A stretch of DNA of 60,746 nucleotides from assembly GCA_044866005.1 (NCBI GenBank), contig JBIOTN010000232.1, positions 1 through 60,746 on the forward strand, written 5' to 3'. The notes under the pieces are model-generated. The model saw only the letters and a list, made by a program, of their open reading frames with translations, ran no database searches and was not told where the DNA came from. Within the stretch, counting starts at the first letter, position 1; every line of letters starts with the position of its first letter. Positions 35,938 through 47,363 of this stretch are shown here, one piece after another. This DNA is from Candidatus Rokuibacteriota bacterium (GTDB lineage Bacteria; Methylomirabilota; Methylomirabilia; Rokubacteriales; DASRDR01). A program made the position numbers and the translations under genes.

Positions 35938-38118
35938 TCAGGCCGTCAGCCGGGCAAAGGGCAGGCGCCGCACCCGCCGCCCGGTGAGATGGAACAGCGC
36001 GTTGGCGACGGCGGGCGCGATGGGGGGCACGCCCGGCTCCCCGACGCCGGTGGGCGCCGCCGCGGAGGGCACGATGTGCACCTCCACTTCCGGCATGTCC
36101 TCGATGCGGAGCGGGCGGTAGGTGTCGAAGTTCGCCTGCTGGACGCGGCCCTGGACGAGCGTGATCTCGCTCCACAGCGCTCCGCCCAGGCCGTAGCCGA
36201 GGCCGCCCTCCATCTGCGCCCGGATGACGTCCGGGTTGATGGCGATGCCGCAGTCGACCGCGCAGACGACGCGCTCGACCCGGGGGAGCCCGTCCGGTCC
36301 GAGGGAGACCTCCGCGACCTGCGCCACGAAGCTGTTGAAGGACTCGTGCACGGCCACGCCCCGGGCCCGACCCGGCGGCAGCGGCCGGCCCCAGTCCGCC
36401 TTCTGGGCGGCCAAATCCAGCACGCCCCGATGGCGCGGGTGGTTCCGGAGCAGGCTTCGGCGGACGTCGACCGGGTCCCGCCCCGCCGCGTGCGCCAGCT
36501 CGTCGAGGAAGGTCTCCGTGGAGAAGGCGGTGTGCGTGCTACCGACCGAGCGCCACCAGAGCACCGGCACGCCGACCTCGGTCGTGTGGAGCTCGACGCC
36601 CAGGCTCGGGATGTCGTAGGGGAGCGTGGTCGCGCCCTCGACCGAGGTCCCGTCGATGCCGTTCTTCACGAACCCGGCCTCGAACGCGGTGCCCTTGAGA
36701 ATGGACTGGCCCACGATCCGCTGCGTCCAGCCGACGATGCGGCCGGCCGGATCGAGGCCCGCGCGGAGGTGGTGCACGTAGAGCGGCCGGTATCGGCCGC
36801 CCGTGATGTCGTCCTCGCGGGTCCAGACCAGCTTCACCGGCTGCCGCCCGCCGATCGCCCTGGCGATGCTGGCCGCCTCGCCGGCCACGTCGCCGTTCGG
36901 CGTCGCCCGCCGGCCGAAGCTGCCGCCCGCGAGCTGGGTGTGAATGCGGACCTTCTCCGGCGGCAGGCCCACGGCCTGGGCGACGACCGCCTGGTCGATC
37001 GTCGGCAACTGGGAGCCCGCCCAGACCTCGCAGCCGTCCGGCGCGAGCCGCACGACGCAGTCCAGGGGCTCCATGGGGGCGTGCGCGAGATACGGGAACT
37101 CGTAGACGGCCTCCAGCACGCGGGCCGCCCCGGCGATGGCCGCCTCCGGGTCCCCATCCCATCGCGCGCGGGCCCCGGGCTGCCGGGCGAGCGTCCGGTA
37201 CGCGGCGAACAGCTCCTCGCTCCCTCGCGTCTCGGCGCCGCTCTCGTCCCAGTCGATCCGGAGCGCCTGGCGCCCCTGCCGCGCCGCCCAGAAGCTGCGC
37301 GCCAGCACGGCGACGCCCGCCGGCACCGGGACGACATCGGTGACGCCCGTCACCTGGAGGGCCGCGGACGCATCGAAGGACCGGACCCTGGCCCCGAACC
37401 GCGGCGGCCGCGCGATCAGCGCCGTGAGCATGTCGGGGAGGTAGACGTCCATGGTGAACTGGGCCGACCCGTCGGTCTTGGACTTCCCGTCCAGCCGCGG
37501 GAGGCGGCGGCCGACGAGCTTGAAGTCTTTCGGATCCTTGAGCTTCACCTCCGCGGGCGCGGGCAAGGCCGCCGCCTTGGCGGCGAGCTCGCCGAAGGTG
37601 GCGCGGCGACCCGTCCGGGCATGGGAGAGCACGCCGCGCTCGACCGTGATCTCGTCAGCCGGGACGCCCCACTCGCGCGCCGCGGCGGCGACGAGCATCG
37701 CCCGCGCCGTGGCGCCCGCCTTGCGGAGCTGCTCCCAGGAGTTCGCCACCGAGGTGCTGCCGCCCGTGCCCTGCAGGGGGCCGAAGGCGAGATTGTTGTA
37801 GCGCGTGGCGTCGGCCGGCGCCGACTCCACCCGCACCTGCGACCAGTCGGCGTCCAGCTCCTCGGCCAGGATCGTCGCCAGCCCGGTGTAGGTGCCCTGC
37901 CCGAACTCGATGTGCTTGGCGACGATCGTCACCGTGTTGTCGGGGGCGATGCGCACGAACGCGTTCGGCGCCAGCACCCCGCCGGTCTGCGCGATGGCTC
38001 GGCCGACGGGCAGATCGAATCCGATCAGCAGGCCCACGCCGGCGGCGGCGCCGCCCTGGAGGAACCGACGGCGGGTCAGCGGGAGCGGCGGGAGCGGTGC
38101 GGTCCTTCGGGCCAGCAT
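35938..38118 (-). CDS. iorB: Molybdopterin-binding subunit, isoquinoline 1-oxidoreductase beta / aldehyde oxidoreductase family
   Basis: Tat-like [40 protein letters not shown]. Confidence 0.9.
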   Translation of the reverse strand: MLARRTAPLPPLPLTRRRFLQGGAAAGVGLLIGFDLPVGRAIAQTGGVLAPNAFVRIAPDNTVTIVAKHIEFGQGTYTGLATILAEELDADWSQVRVESAPADATRYNNLAFGPLQGTGGSTSVANSWEQLRKAGATARAMLVAAAAREWGVPADEITVERGVLSHARTGRRATFGELAAKAAALPAPAEVKLKDPKDFKLVGRRLPRLDGKSKTDGSAQFTMDVYLPDMLTALIARPPRFGARVRSFDASAALQVTGVTDVVPVPAGVAVLARSFWAARQGRQALRIDWDESGAETRGSEELFAAYRTLARQPGARARWDGDPEAAIAGAARVLEAVYEFPYLAHAPMEPLDCVVRLAPDGCEVWAGSQLPTIDQAVVAQAVGLPPEKVRIHTQLAGGSFGRRATPNGDVAGEAASIARAIGGRQPVKLVWTREDDITGGRYRPLYVHHLRAGLDPAGRIVGWTQRIVGQSILKGTAFEAGFVKNGIDGTSVEGATTLPYDIPSLGVELHTTEVGVPVLWWRSVGSTHTAFSTETFLDELAHAAGRDPVDVRRSLLRNHPRHRGVLDLAAQKADWGRPLPPGRARGVAVHESFNSFVAQVAEVSLGPDGLPRVERVVCAVDCGIAINPDVIRAQMEGGLGYGLGGALWSEITLVQGRVQQANFDTYRPLRIEDMPEVEVHIVPSAAAPTGVGEPGVPPIAPAVANALFHLTGRRVRRLPFARLTA

Positions 38119-38120
38119 GG

Positions 38121-38579
38121 CTACCCTCCGAGCGTCCTGGCCGCCTCGTGGATGGCGGCGCGGATGCGGACGTAGGTAGCGCAGCGGCAGACGTTGCCGG
38201 TCATCCCCGCGTCGATGTCGGCGTCAGACGGTCGTGAGCGCTCGGCGAGGAGCGCGATGGCCGACATGATCTGCCCGGATTGGCAGTATCCGCACTGCAC
38301 GACGTCGAGCCGGCGCCAGGCGTCCTGGACGGCCTGCGCCACCCGGCCGGAGACTCCCTCGATCGTCACGACCTCGCGGCCCTGGACCGCCCCGACCGGG
38401 GTCACGCACGCGCGCGCCGCCTGGCCGTTGATGTGGACCGTGCAGGCGCCGCACTGGGCGACCCCGCAGCCGAACTTGGTCCCGGTCAGCCGCAAGTCGT
38501 CGCGGAGCACCCACAGGAGCGGGGTGTCCGGGTCGACATCCACCGAGCGCGCCGTGCCGTTGACCCGCAACGTCACCAT
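38121..38579 (-). CDS. iorA: (2Fe-2S)-binding subunit
   Basis: [21 protein letters not shown]. Confidence 0.93.
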   Translation of the reverse strand: MVTLRVNGTARSVDVDPDTPLLWVLRDDLRLTGTKFGCGVAQCGACTVHINGQAARACVTPVGAVQGREVVTIEGVSGRVAQAVQDAWRRLDVVQCGYCQSGQIMSAIALLAERSRPSDADIDAGMTGNVCRCATYVRIRAAIHEAARTLGG

Positions 38580-38717
38580 GGGTGATCCCCTTCTGGCTAT
38601 CCGGAGTTCGAACCGACGGCGACCCGTGGCATGGGTCGCCTCAGCACGTTGCCCTGTCGGGCCGAGGGGAGCGAGGCCCCAACGGACTCACACCGCCGAA
38701 CGGACGCTCTTGAACGA

Positions 38718-38746
38718 AGCCTGTCGCGCCATGCAGGCCCTGTCAA
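38718..38746 (-). promoter_or_regulatory. Candidate sigma-70 promoter for the iorA operon
   Basis: Minus strand TTGACA-N17-CAGGCT. Confidence 0.45.
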
Positions 38747-38749
38747 GGG

Positions 38750-40195
38750 CTACTCCTGCCGGCGGGCGCTCTCGGGCCCCGGCCTCCGGTCGATTCCCGC
38801 CGGGGACTCCCGAGTCCAGCCGCCGCCCAGCGCCTTGTAGAGCTGGACGACCGCCACGAGCTGGGCGCCGAGCGTCCGGCTCTGCGCGAGCTCCGCGGCG
38901 AGCAGCGTGCGCTGGGCGTCGAGCACGTTGAGGTAGCTCGTGAGCCCGCTCGTGTAGCGCAGCTCGGCGATGGCGAGCGCCTCCCGCGAGGCCCGGACCG
39001 CCGCGTCCTGCTCGGCCAGCGCCTCCCGGGCCTTGCGGTGCGCGACGAGCGCGTCCTCCACCTCGCGGAAGGCCTGCTGGATCGCCTGCTCGTAGCGCAG
39101 GAGGGCTTCCCGCTCGCGGGCCTCGACGAACGCCAGGTTCGCGCGGTTTCGCCCGGCGTTGAAGATCGGGACCGTCACCGTGGGTCCGAATTGCCAGATG
39201 CGCGAGGGGCCCGTGAAGAGGTCGGAGAGCGCTACGCTCTCGACGCCGAAGAAGCCCGTGAGGCTGATCTGCGGGAAGAACGCCGCCCGGGCCACGCCGA
39301 TGCGCGCATTGGCGGCCACCAGGGTCGCCTCGGCCTGCCGGACGTCGGGGCGCCGCGCGAGGAGGGCCGACGGGAGCCCGGCCGGCACGGCCGGCGGAAA
39401 GGTCTGCCCGGTGAGCGGCCGGCCGCGGCGGATCCCGCCCGGATTGCGCCCGAGGAGGATGCTGAGCTGGTTCTCGGTCTGCGTGACCTGACGCTCCAGG
39501 CCCGGGACCTGGGCGGCGGTGCTCGCGAGCTCGGCCTCGGCCTGGCGTAGCTCGAGCGCGGAGCTCACGCCGGACTCGAACCGGTCCCGGACCAGGTCGA
39601 GCGATTGCCGCCGGGACGCGACGTTCCGCCGCGTGGTCTCGAGCTCGAGATCGAGCTCGCGAAGCTGGAGGTACGCGGCGGCGACGTCGCCGACGAGCGT
39701 CATCACGACGGCGTGCCGGGCCTCCTCGCTGGCCAGGAGCTCGGCGCGAGCGGCCTCGCTGGCCCGCCGCAGCCGGCCCCAGAGGTCGAGCTCGAAGGAC
39801 AGGTCGGCCGCCGTGGACAAGAGCCTGAACTCGCCGCCCTGTCCCCGGGGTCGGACGGTGTCCGACGTGCGGTTCTCGGTCGCGCTGGCGCCGGCGTCCA
39901 CCTGCGGGAACTGGGCCGCCCGCGTGACGCCGAGCTGGGCCCGCGCCTGCTCGACCCGCGTCACCGCGATCCGGAGGTCCTTGTTCTCCTCGATGGCGCT
40001 CCGGATGAGCTCGCGAAGCTCGTCGTCCTCGAAGAGGGTCCACCAGGGCAGGTCGGCGAGCGAGCCGGCGTCGGCGGCCGGCAGGCTCTCCCGCCAGGCG
40101 GTCGGGGTCGGCACGGTCGGGCGCCGGTAGTCGGGGCCGAGCGTGCAGCCCGCGAGGACGAGGACCAGCGTCGCCAGCGCGGCGATCCGTCTCAT
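38750..40195 (-). CDS. RND outer-membrane factor lipoprotein (NodT/OprM family)
   Basis: ATG at 40195; LAGC lipobox, ELDLWGRLRR, RRPDV, LYKALGGGW. Confidence 0.93.
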   Translation of the reverse strand: MRRIAALATLVLVLAGCTLGPDYRRPTVPTPTAWRESLPAADAGSLADLPWWTLFEDDELRELIRSAIEENKDLRIAVTRVEQARAQLGVTRAAQFPQVDAGASATENRTSDTVRPRGQGGEFRLLSTAADLSFELDLWGRLRRASEAARAELLASEEARHAVVMTLVGDVAAAYLQLRELDLELETTRRNVASRRQSLDLVRDRFESGVSSALELRQAEAELASTAAQVPGLERQVTQTENQLSILLGRNPGGIRRGRPLTGQTFPPAVPAGLPSALLARRPDVRQAEATLVAANARIGVARAAFFPQISLTGFFGVESVALSDLFTGPSRIWQFGPTVTVPIFNAGRNRANLAFVEAREREALLRYEQAIQQAFREVEDALVAHRKAREALAEQDAAVRASREALAIAELRYTSGLTSYLNVLDAQRTLLAAELAQSRTLGAQLVAVVQLYKALGGGWTRESPAGIDRRPGPESARRQE

Positions 40196-43100
40196 CCTGC
40201 TTCGCCATCGGCCGGCGCCCGCGCGGACAGCGCCAGATCGAGCTGCGGTCGGCCCGCGCCGGCGTTCGGCGGCGAACCCGGGACAGGATGGGCCCGGCCG
40301 CGGCGCCGGCTCCGCCGGACCGAAGCGAGCCGCTCCACCAGGACGTAGAACCCCGGCACCAGGAGGACGCCCAGCACCGTCACCGCGAGCATCCCCCCGA
40401 ACACGGTCGTCCCGATCGAGTGCCGGCTCGCCGCCCCCGCCCCGCTCGCGACGAGCAAGGGGACCGCGCCCAGGATGAACGCGAAGGACGTCATGAGGAT
40501 GGGACGGAAGCGCAGGCGGGCCGCCTCCCGCGCCGCCTCGCCGGCCGTCAGGCCGTGCTCGCGGCGCGCCTGGGCGAACTCCACGATGAGGATCGCGTTC
40601 TTGCTGGCGAGGCCGATGAGGAGGGCGAGACCGATCTGGGCGTAGACGTCGTTCGCCAGCCCCCGCAGCCAGAGCGAGCCCAGGGCCCCGAAGACCCCGA
40701 GCGGCACGGTCAGGATCACGGCCAGCGGGATCAGCCAGCTCTCGTACTGGGCGGCCAGCACGAGGAAGACGAACAGGGCCGACAGGGCGAAGACGACGCC
40801 GGCCTGGCTCCCCGACTCGATCTCCTGGAAGGCCAGACCCGTCCACTCGTGAGCCACGCCGGCCGGAAGGCGCCGCGCCAGCTCCTCCATGGCCGCGATG
40901 GCCTGGCCGGAGCTGGCTCCCGGGGCCGTGTCGCCCGCGATCTCCGCGGAGCGGTAGAGGTTGTAGTGGGCGATCGTGTCGGGGCCGGTGATGGGCCGGA
41001 CGCGGACGAGCGTGCCGAGCGGCACCATCTGGCCGGGCTGGCCGCGGACGTAGAGCCGCCCGACGTCGCTGGGGGTGGCGCGGAAGCCGGGCTCGGCCTG
41101 GAGCTGGACCCGCCAGACGCGGCCGAAGGCGTTGAAGTCGTTGACGTAGAGCGAGCCGAGGAAGATCTGGAGGCTTGCGAAGACGTCGGAGAGCGGCACG
41201 CCGAGCGCCTTGGCCTTGGCGCGATCGACCTCGGCGTCGAGCTGGGGCACGCCCGGCCGGAAGGCGGTGAAGAGACCGGTGAGCTCCCGGCGCTGGCCTG
41301 CTGCCTCCACGAGCTGGCGCGCGGCCGCGCCCAGGTCCTCGAGCGCGCCACTGCCGACCGCCTGGAGCTCGAGCTGGAACCCGCCGCCGGAGCTGATCCC
41401 GCGGATCGGCGGCGGCGGGAAGACCACGACCACGGCGTCCTGGATCCGGGCGAACCGCGCGCGCAGATGCGCCAGGATCGCCTGCGCCTGGAGCTCGGGC
41501 CGCTTCCGCTCCGACCAGGGCGCGAGTCGCGGGAAGAGGGAGGCGACGTTCGGGCCGTTGACGCCGGAAATGAAGCTCCGGCCGCCGAAGGCGACGACGT
41601 TGGTGACCCCCGGCGTCTCCAGCAGGATCTGCTCGACCTGACGGACGACCGCGTCGGTGCGCTCGAGCGACGCCGCGTCGGGGAGCTGGACGTTGACCAG
41701 CAGGTACCCCTGGTCCTCGGTGGGGGCAAAGCCCGTGGGCACGGTGCGGAGCAGCGCATAGGTGGCTCCCACCAGCACCAGGAACACGGCCAGCGCCAGC
41801 GTGGCCCGCCGCACGATCTGCCCGACTGTGCGGTCGTAGCCCGCGGTGACGCGCGCGAAGCCCGCGTTCCAGGCCCGCGCCAGCCAGCGCCGGCGCCCGG
41901 TGCCCGCAGGCCGCAGGAGCAGGGCACTGAGGGCGGGCGTCAGCGTCAGGGCGTTGACCGCGGAGAGCCCGACGGACACGGCGATGGTCAGCGCGAACTG
42001 GCGGTAGAGCCGGCCGGTGATGCCGGGCAGGAACGCGATCGGGATGAACACCGCCATCAGCACGAGCGCGGTGGCGACGACGGGCCCTGTCACCTCGGCC
42101 ATCGCCCGGCGGGCGGCGGCTCTCGGCGCCAGGGCCTCCTCGTCCAGGTGGCGCTGGGTGTTCTCCACCACCACGATGGCGTCGTCCACGACGATGCCGA
42201 TGGCGAGGACGAGACCGAAGAGCGTGAGCGTGTTGATGGAGAACCCGAACGCGCTGATGACGGCGAACGTCCCGACGAGCGAGACCGGGATCGTCAGCGT
42301 GGGGATGAGCGTCGTGCGCCAGTCCTGGAGGAAGACGTAGACGGTGAGGATCACGAGCCCGATGGCGATGAGGAGCGTCTGGACGACTTCCTCGATCGAC
42401 ACGCGGACGAACTGGGTCGTGTCGTACGGCAGCGTGTACGCGACCCCGCTCGGGAAGCGCGGCGCCAGGCGCTCCATCGCGGCGCGGATCCCGCGGTCCA
42501 CGTCGAGGGCGTTGGCCCCGGGGAGCTGGAAGATGCCGACGAGCGCCCCGGGCTTGCCGCCGATGCGGCCGAATCCCCCGTAGCTCTGCGCGCCGAGCTC
42601 CACGCGGGCGACGTCGCGCAGCCGGAGGGCGGAGCCGTCGGGGCGGGTGCGGAGGATGATGTCCTCGAACTCGGGAACCGTGGACAGGCGCCCGCGCGTG
42701 GTCACCGTGTACTGGAACGGCTGGCCCGGGGGCGCCGGGGGCTGCCCGATCTGGCCGGCCGCCGCCTGGACGTTCTGCTCGCGGACCGCGTCGGTCACGT
42801 CGCCGGCCGTGAGGCCGAGGCTCGCCAGCCGGTCGGGGTTCAGCCAGATGCGCATCCCGTAGTCTCGCCCGTTGAACACGGTCACCTGCCCCACGCCGGG
42901 CACCCGCTTCAGGACGTCGACCACCTGGAGCGTGGCGTAGTTCGAGAGGTAGAGCTCGTCGCGGCTGCCGTCGGGCGAGGTCAGCGCCACGATCTCCACG
43001 AGGTCGGGGGACTGCTTGGTGATGGTGAGCCCCTGGCGGACCACGTCGGCAGGGAGCTTGGCCTCGGCGATGGCCACCCGGTTCTGGACGTCCACGGCGG

Positions 43101-43410
43101 CGATGTCGAGGTCGGTGCCGACCTTGAACGTCACGGCGAGGCTCATCGTGCCGTCGCTCCCGCTGCGGGAGGACATGTACATCATGTTCTCCACGCCGTT
43201 GACCTGCTGCTCGATCGGCGTGGTCACGGTCTGCTCGACCACCTCGGCGCTCGCCCCCGGATAGGTGGCCTGGACGACCACCTGGGGCGGCGTGATCTCC
43301 GGATACTGCGCGATCGGGAGGAACGGGATCGCCACCGCCCCCGCCACGACGATGACGATCGCCAGGACCGAGGCGAAGATGGGCCGGTCGATGAAGAAGT
43401 TGACGAGCAC
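40192..43410 (-). CDS. RND efflux permease (HAE1 family)
   Basis: GTG at 43410; FFIDRPIFA, IGIVVDDAIVVVEN, KNAILIVEF, RPILMTS. Confidence 0.95.
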   Translation of the reverse strand: MLVNFFIDRPIFASVLAIVIVVAGAVAIPFLPIAQYPEITPPQVVVQATYPGASAEVVEQTVTTPIEQQVNGVENMMYMSSRSGSDGTMSLAVTFKVGTDLDIAAVDVQNRVAIAEAKLPADVVRQGLTITKQSPDLVEIVALTSPDGSRDELYLSNYATLQVVDVLKRVPGVGQVTVFNGRDYGMRIWLNPDRLASLGLTAGDVTDAVREQNVQAAAGQIGQPPAPPGQPFQYTVTTRGRLSTVPEFEDIILRTRPDGSALRLRDVARVELGAQSYGGFGRIGGKPGALVGIFQLPGANALDVDRGIRAAMERLAPRFPSGVAYTLPYDTTQFVRVSIEEVVQTLLIAIGLVILTVYVFLQDWRTTLIPTLTIPVSLVGTFAVISAFGFSINTLTLFGLVLAIGIVVDDAIVVVENTQRHLDEEALAPRAAARRAMAEVTGPVVATALVLMAVFIPIAFLPGITGRLYRQFALTIAVSVGLSAVNALTLTPALSALLLRPAGTGRRRWLARAWNAGFARVTAGYDRTVGQIVRRATLALAVFLVLVGATYALLRTVPTGFAPTEDQGYLLVNVQLPDAASLERTDAVVRQVEQILLETPGVTNVVAFGGRSFISGVNGPNVASLFPRLAPWSERKRPELQAQAILAHLRARFARIQDAVVVVFPPPPIRGISSGGGFQLELQAVGSGALEDLGAAARQLVEAAGQRRELTGLFTAFRPGVPQLDAEVDRAKAKALGVPLSDVFASLQIFLGSLYVNDFNAFGRVWRVQLQAEPGFRATPSDVGRLYVRGQPGQMVPLGTLVRVRPITGPDTIAHYNLYRSAEIAGDTAPGASSGQAIAAMEELARRLPAGVAHEWTGLAFQEIESGSQAGVVFALSALFVFLVLAAQYESWLIPLAVILTVPLGVFGALGSLWLRGLANDVYAQIGLALLIGLASKNAILIVEFAQARREHGLTAGEAAREAARLRFRPILMTSFAFILGAVPLLVASGAGAASRHSIGTTVFGGMLAVTVLGVLLVPGFYVLVERLASVRRSRRRGRAHPVPGSPPNAGAGRPQLDLALSARAPADGEAG

Positions 43411-43415
43411 GCCGG

Positions 43416-44585
43416 TCAGCTCCCCGCCGCGGATCCGCGGCCGCCGGGCTCGGCCGGCATCGCTTCCAGCGTCGGCTCCACGCGGAGCCCGGGCCGGATC
43501 TGCTGGAGCCCGCGGACCACGACGTGCTCGCCCGGCCGGACGCCGTCCTCGACGACCCACAAGGCCCCGAGCCGCGGCCCCAGCCGCACCGTGCGCGCCG
43601 ACACCTCCTCGTCCGCGCCCACCACGAACAGGGCGGCGGTGCCCTGGCTCTCCTGGACCGCCGCCTGGGGGACGACGAGCGCGCCGGCCCGCTCCTCGAG
43701 GAGGACGCGCAGCCGGACGAACTGACCCGGCTGGAGCAGCCGCTCCGGGTTCGGGAACGTGGCCCGCAGGGCCAGCGTCCCGGTCCGCGGGTCCACCGCG
43801 CGATCGACGAAGTCGAGCCGGCCCTCGTGCCGGTAGGCCGTGTCGTCCGGCAGCGTGAGGGTGATCCCCGACGGGCCCGGCCGCGTCCGCATGTCGGCCT
43901 GGCGACGTCGCCAGGCCTGGAGCGCCTCGCGCTCGCTGACGCTGAAGGTGACGTACATCGGATCGAGCGTGGAGACGGTCGCGAGCAGCGTCGCCTCTCC
44001 CTTCCCGACGAGGCTGCCCACGCGGACCTCCGCCTTGCCCATGCGGCCCGTGACCGGCGAGCGGACGGTCGTGTAGCCGAGGTTCAGCTCGGCCTGCTCG
44101 ACGGCCGCCCGGCCCGTGTCGAGCGTCGCCGCCGCGGCCTTCTCGTCCGCCTCGGCCTGCTCGAGCTCCTGCCGGCTCACCGCCTGCCGCTCGTAGAGGG
44201 GGCGATACCGCGCGGCGACCTGGCGGGCGTTGGCGAGCCGCGCCTCGTCCCGGGCGAGCTGGGCCTTCGCGTTGTCGAGGGCGACGCGGAGCGGCCGGGG
44301 GTCGATGACGAACAGGACGTCCCCGGCCCTGACGTCGGCGCCGTCGGGCACGACCTGCTGCTCGAGGAATCCCTCGACCCGGGCGCGGACCTCGACGGTC
44401 TTGACCGCCTCCGTCTGGCCGACGTACTGGCCGTACACCGGCACCGCGCGCTGCGCGACGGCGACCACCGTCACTGCCGGCGGCCGGGGCGCCGGGCGGG
44501 CCTCCGGCGCACGGCCACAGCCGGCGACGCCCGCCAGCGCAAGGCCGAGCGCGAGCGCGAGCCAGCGCGGCCCCCGGCGGTCCAT
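43416..44585 (-). CDS. RND periplasmic adaptor (membrane fusion protein)
   Basis: ATG at 44585; VAGC lipobox, [25 protein letters not shown]. Confidence 0.93.
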   Translation of the reverse strand: MDRRGPRWLALALGLALAGVAGCGRAPEARPAPRPPAVTVVAVAQRAVPVYGQYVGQTEAVKTVEVRARVEGFLEQQVVPDGADVRAGDVLFVIDPRPLRVALDNAKAQLARDEARLANARQVAARYRPLYERQAVSRQELEQAEADEKAAAATLDTGRAAVEQAELNLGYTTVRSPVTGRMGKAEVRVGSLVGKGEATLLATVSTLDPMYVTFSVSEREALQAWRRRQADMRTRPGPSGITLTLPDDTAYRHEGRLDFVDRAVDPRTGTLALRATFPNPERLLQPGQFVRLRVLLEERAGALVVPQAAVQESQGTAALFVVGADEEVSARTVRLGPRLGALWVVEDGVRPGEHVVVRGLQQIRPGLRVEPTLEAMPAEPGGRGSAAGS

Positions 44586-44725
44586 CACCGCCGCCTCGCC
44601 GCGCCTGGCCCCACGGCCGCCTCGGGACGCTCGCGGTCCTCCCCGTTGGCGGCCAGGAGCCCGCTCAGCAACATGCCGAAGAGCACGCTTCCCACGATCA
44701 TCAGGGCCAGGCTCAGCCACAGCAT
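44585..44725 (-). CDS. Small single-pass membrane protein (46 aa)
   Basis: [24 protein letters not shown]...; GAGG-like SD; its stop overlaps the adaptor start codon. Confidence 0.55.
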   Translation of the reverse strand: MLWLSLALMIVGSVLFGMLLSGLLAANGEDRERPEAAVGPGAARRR

Positions 44726-44750
44726 CTCTCGTGTCCTCTGGTCACACCGC

Positions 44751-44948
44751 TCAACGCCACCACCACGGGTGCCACCCTTCCCAGCGCTTCGCCGCCTCAC
44801 GCCGTTCCCGCGCGATCTCGTCCCGCGCGTCGAAGCGCTCGTACGCCTGCCCGGCATCCGTCGCCGGGCCCGAGCGGGTGGCGGCGCAGCCCGAGAGCGG
44901 CAGGGCCACGGCCAGCGCGAGCGCCAGGATCCATCGGTCGATCGCCAT
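44751..44948 (-). CDS. Small lipoprotein (65 aa) with Trp-rich C-terminus
   Basis: SD GGAGGT; LSGC lipobox; ends [10 protein letters not shown]. Confidence 0.65.
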   Translation of the reverse strand: MAIDRWILALALAVALPLSGCAATRSGPATDAGQAYERFDARDEIARERREAAKRWEGWHPWWWR

Positions 44949-44980
44949 CTCCCACCTCCGTTCTGCAATGCCGGGGACAA

Positions 44981-44996
44981 TCCACGCCGCGTGCCA
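44981..44996 (-). promoter_or_regulatory. Sigma-54-type promoter for the lipoprotein-RND operon
   Basis: TGGCACG-CGGC-GTGGA; canonical -24, variant -12. Confidence 0.6.
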
Positions 44997-45075
44997 ATCG
45001 AGGGCTCTGGCGGGAACACGCGGATCGGCCACGGCTTACGCGCGACGGGATGGTGGCCCGCTCGAACGCCTCGGA

Positions 45076-45116
45076 TGCGTGGAATCAGACAGGTGTGGGA
45101 AAACAGTCAGCGGCCG
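45076..45116 (+). repeat. 41-bp site, left copy (candidate activator-binding site)
   Basis: TGCGTGGAATCAGACAGGTGTGGGAAAACAGTCAGCGGCCG; inverted copy at 47244-47284. Confidence 0.8.
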
Positions 45117-45156
45117 CGACGCCGACGGCGCGGCGGGGTCGCGGTACAATGCCTCT

Positions 45157-47217
45157 ATGCCGCCGGACGCGCTCGCCGTCGCCCTCGGCCGGATGGCCCG
45201 GGCCGTTTCCGAGACCCTCGAGCTCAAGGAGGTCTTCGCGCGCGTCGCCGAAGCCGCGGCCACCGTCCTTCCCTTCGACACGATGGTCGTGTTCCGGGTC
45301 GAGGGCCCGGGCACGTTCGCGCTCTACTCGTTCGCCGGGATCAAAGGGGACGGGCGCCTCACGATCCGCCTCGAGGACTTCTCCCCGCCGATCCGGCCGC
45401 TGGCCAGCGGCGCCCGGCGGATCGACGACGTCGCGGACGTGCTGGACCCGAGCTTCTTCGTGGACGGGCGACTTCAGGAGGACGGGATCCGATCGCTCCT
45501 GCACGTCCCCCTCCTGCGGGGCGAGCAGCTCGGCGGGTTCGTGGGGGTGGGATCCCAGAAGCCGGGCGTCTTCACGGCGGAGCACGAGGAGGCGCTCCAG
45601 TCGATCGCCGATCTCCTGGGCCTGGCCCTCGAGCACGGCCGGCTGTGGAACCTCGACACCGAGCGACGCCGGCGGCTGGACGCGATCGATTCGCTGCTCT
45701 CGGTGCTGGCGGAAAGCCTCGACGTGCGCGGGATCTTCAACCGGGTCTCGGAGATCGTGCAAGCCGTGCTGCCGCACGACCGCCTGATGCTGACCTCGCT
45801 GAGCGCGGACCGTCGCGAGCTGACCGTGGACGCCGTCTCTGGCGAGCCGGTCTCGGACTTCCCGAGCCGGATGCCGGTGGGCGAACCGGGCGCCTGCGCC
45901 CCGGAACGGGAGTACGTGCTGATCGCGGATGTGGAGGAGGAGCGGGAAGCCGGCTCCAAGCACTGCGGCTGGTGTCGGTCGCACGACTTTCGCTCGCTGC
46001 TCAAGATCCCGCTGCGCCTCGACGGCGGCCTGGGGTCACTCCTCTTCCTGTCGCGGACCCCGCGCCAGTACTCGGAGGACGACGTGGTCGTGGCGCGCCG
46101 CGTGGCCGACCACGTGAGCCTGGCCCTCTCGCATCAGCGCCTGGCCGAGGAGGAGCAGCGCGCGGCCGCGGCGCGGGCGCGGGCCGCGCAGCTCGAGGAG
46201 CGTGTGCAGGCGCTCACGGACGAGCTTTTGACGACGCGGGGCTATCACCGCGTCGTCGGCGAATCCGTGCAGTGGAAGGACGTCCTGACCCAGGCGGCGA
46301 AGGTCGCCCCGACCGAGACCACCGTCCTCCTCACGGGAGAATCGGGGACGGGCAAGGAGGTCGTGGCGCGGCTGATCCACCGGGGCTCTCCGCGCGCCGG
46401 CGGGCCGTTCGTGGCGCTCAACTGCGCCGCTCTCCCCGAGACGCTCCTCGAGTCGGAGCTGTTCGGTCACGAGAAGGGAGCGTTCACCGGCGCCACGGCG
46501 GCGCGCCCCGGCCGGATCGAGCAGGCGGCCGGCGGCGTGCTGTTCCTCGACGAGGTGGGCGAGATGAGCCCGGCCGTCCAGGCCAAGCTCCTGCGCGTCT
46601 TACAGGAGCGCGAGTATCAGCGCCTGGGCGGGACGCGCCCGCTCAAGGCGGACGTGCGCCTGCTGGCGGCCACGAACCGGAACCTGGAGGCGGCCCTCGC
46701 CCGCGGGGAATTCCGCGAAGACCTCTACTATCGGCTTCGGGTCTTCGAGATCTGGCTTCCACCGCTCCGCGAGCGACCCGAGGACATCCTGCCGCTGGCC
46801 GGGGCCTTCCTGGAGGAGATCGGCCCGACCGTGGGCCGGCCGGCAGCGGGCATCTCGCGGGAGGCCCGCGACGCCCTGCTCGGCTACCCCTGGCCCGGCA
46901 ACGCCCGCGAGCTGCGCAACGCGCTCGAGCGGGCGACGATCCTCTGTGACGGCGGCCTGATCACGGTGGAGCACCTGCCGATCGGCGTGCGGCGGCCGGA
47001 GCCGGCGCCGGACCCGGGCCGGGCCGGCACCGACGCCTGGCCGGCCGACGGGGTCACCCTGGAAGGGGTCGAGCGCGAGCTGATCGCGAAGGCGCTCAAG
47101 GAGGCCCGGAACAACCGCTCGCGAGCCGCGCGGCTCCTCGGTATCACCCGCTCGCAGCTCTACTACCGGATGGAGAAGCACGGCCTCGGCGTCGAGCGCG
47201 CCCGCTCCGCGGAGTGA
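45157..47217 (+). CDS. Sigma-54-dependent activator (two GAF domains, AAA+, Fis HTH)
   Basis: [44 protein letters not shown] 6 nt before the ATG suggests a leaderless mRNA. Confidence 0.93.
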   Translation: MPPDALAVALGRMARAVSETLELKEVFARVAEAAATVLPFDTMVVFRVEGPGTFALYSFAGIKGDGRLTIRLEDFSPPIRPLASGARRIDDVADVLDPSFFVDGRLQEDGIRSLLHVPLLRGEQLGGFVGVGSQKPGVFTAEHEEALQSIADLLGLALEHGRLWNLDTERRRRLDAIDSLLSVLAESLDVRGIFNRVSEIVQAVLPHDRLMLTSLSADRRELTVDAVSGEPVSDFPSRMPVGEPGACAPEREYVLIADVEEEREAGSKHCGWCRSHDFRSLLKIPLRLDGGLGSLLFLSRTPRQYSEDDVVVARRVADHVSLALSHQRLAEEEQRAAAARARAAQLEERVQALTDELLTTRGYHRVVGESVQWKDVLTQAAKVAPTETTVLLTGESGTGKEVVARLIHRGSPRAGGPFVALNCAALPETLLESELFGHEKGAFTGATAARPGRIEQAAGGVLFLDEVGEMSPAVQAKLLRVLQEREYQRLGGTRPLKADVRLLAATNRNLEAALARGEFREDLYYRLRVFEIWLPPLRERPEDILPLAGAFLEEIGPTVGRPAAGISREARDALLGYPWPGNARELRNALERATILCDGGLITVEHLPIGVRRPEPAPDPGRAGTDAWPADGVTLEGVERELIAKALKEARNNRSRAARLLGITRSQLYYRMEKHGLGVERARSAE

Positions 47218-47243
47218 TCCCGGCGCCGCGCTCGCCGCCGGGA

Positions 47244-47284
47244 CGGCTGCTGCCTGTCTTCCCACACCTGTCTGATTCCACGCA
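47244..47284 (-). repeat. 41-bp site, right (inverted) copy
   Basis: Reverse complement matches the left copy at 38 of 41 positions. Confidence 0.8.
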
Positions 47285-47363
47285 GCGCCGGCGCTGGCCC
47301 GCCCCATCGCCCGTTCGCGCTGAACCGTCGGCGTTTCGCCGACTTGCTCGCCAGTCCGCTGCT

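Noticed and set aside
40288..46949. Very long ORFs 40288-43725(+) and 43524-46949(+), and similar antisense or alternate-frame ORFs throughout the window
   Set aside because: They are shadows of real genes in high-GC DNA, rich in Arg/Gly/Pro and lacking family motifs.
45076..47284. Inverted repeats as transposon ends
   Set aside because: No transposase and no evident target-site duplication; the equal 80-bp spacing to sigma-54-type promoters fits activator sites better.
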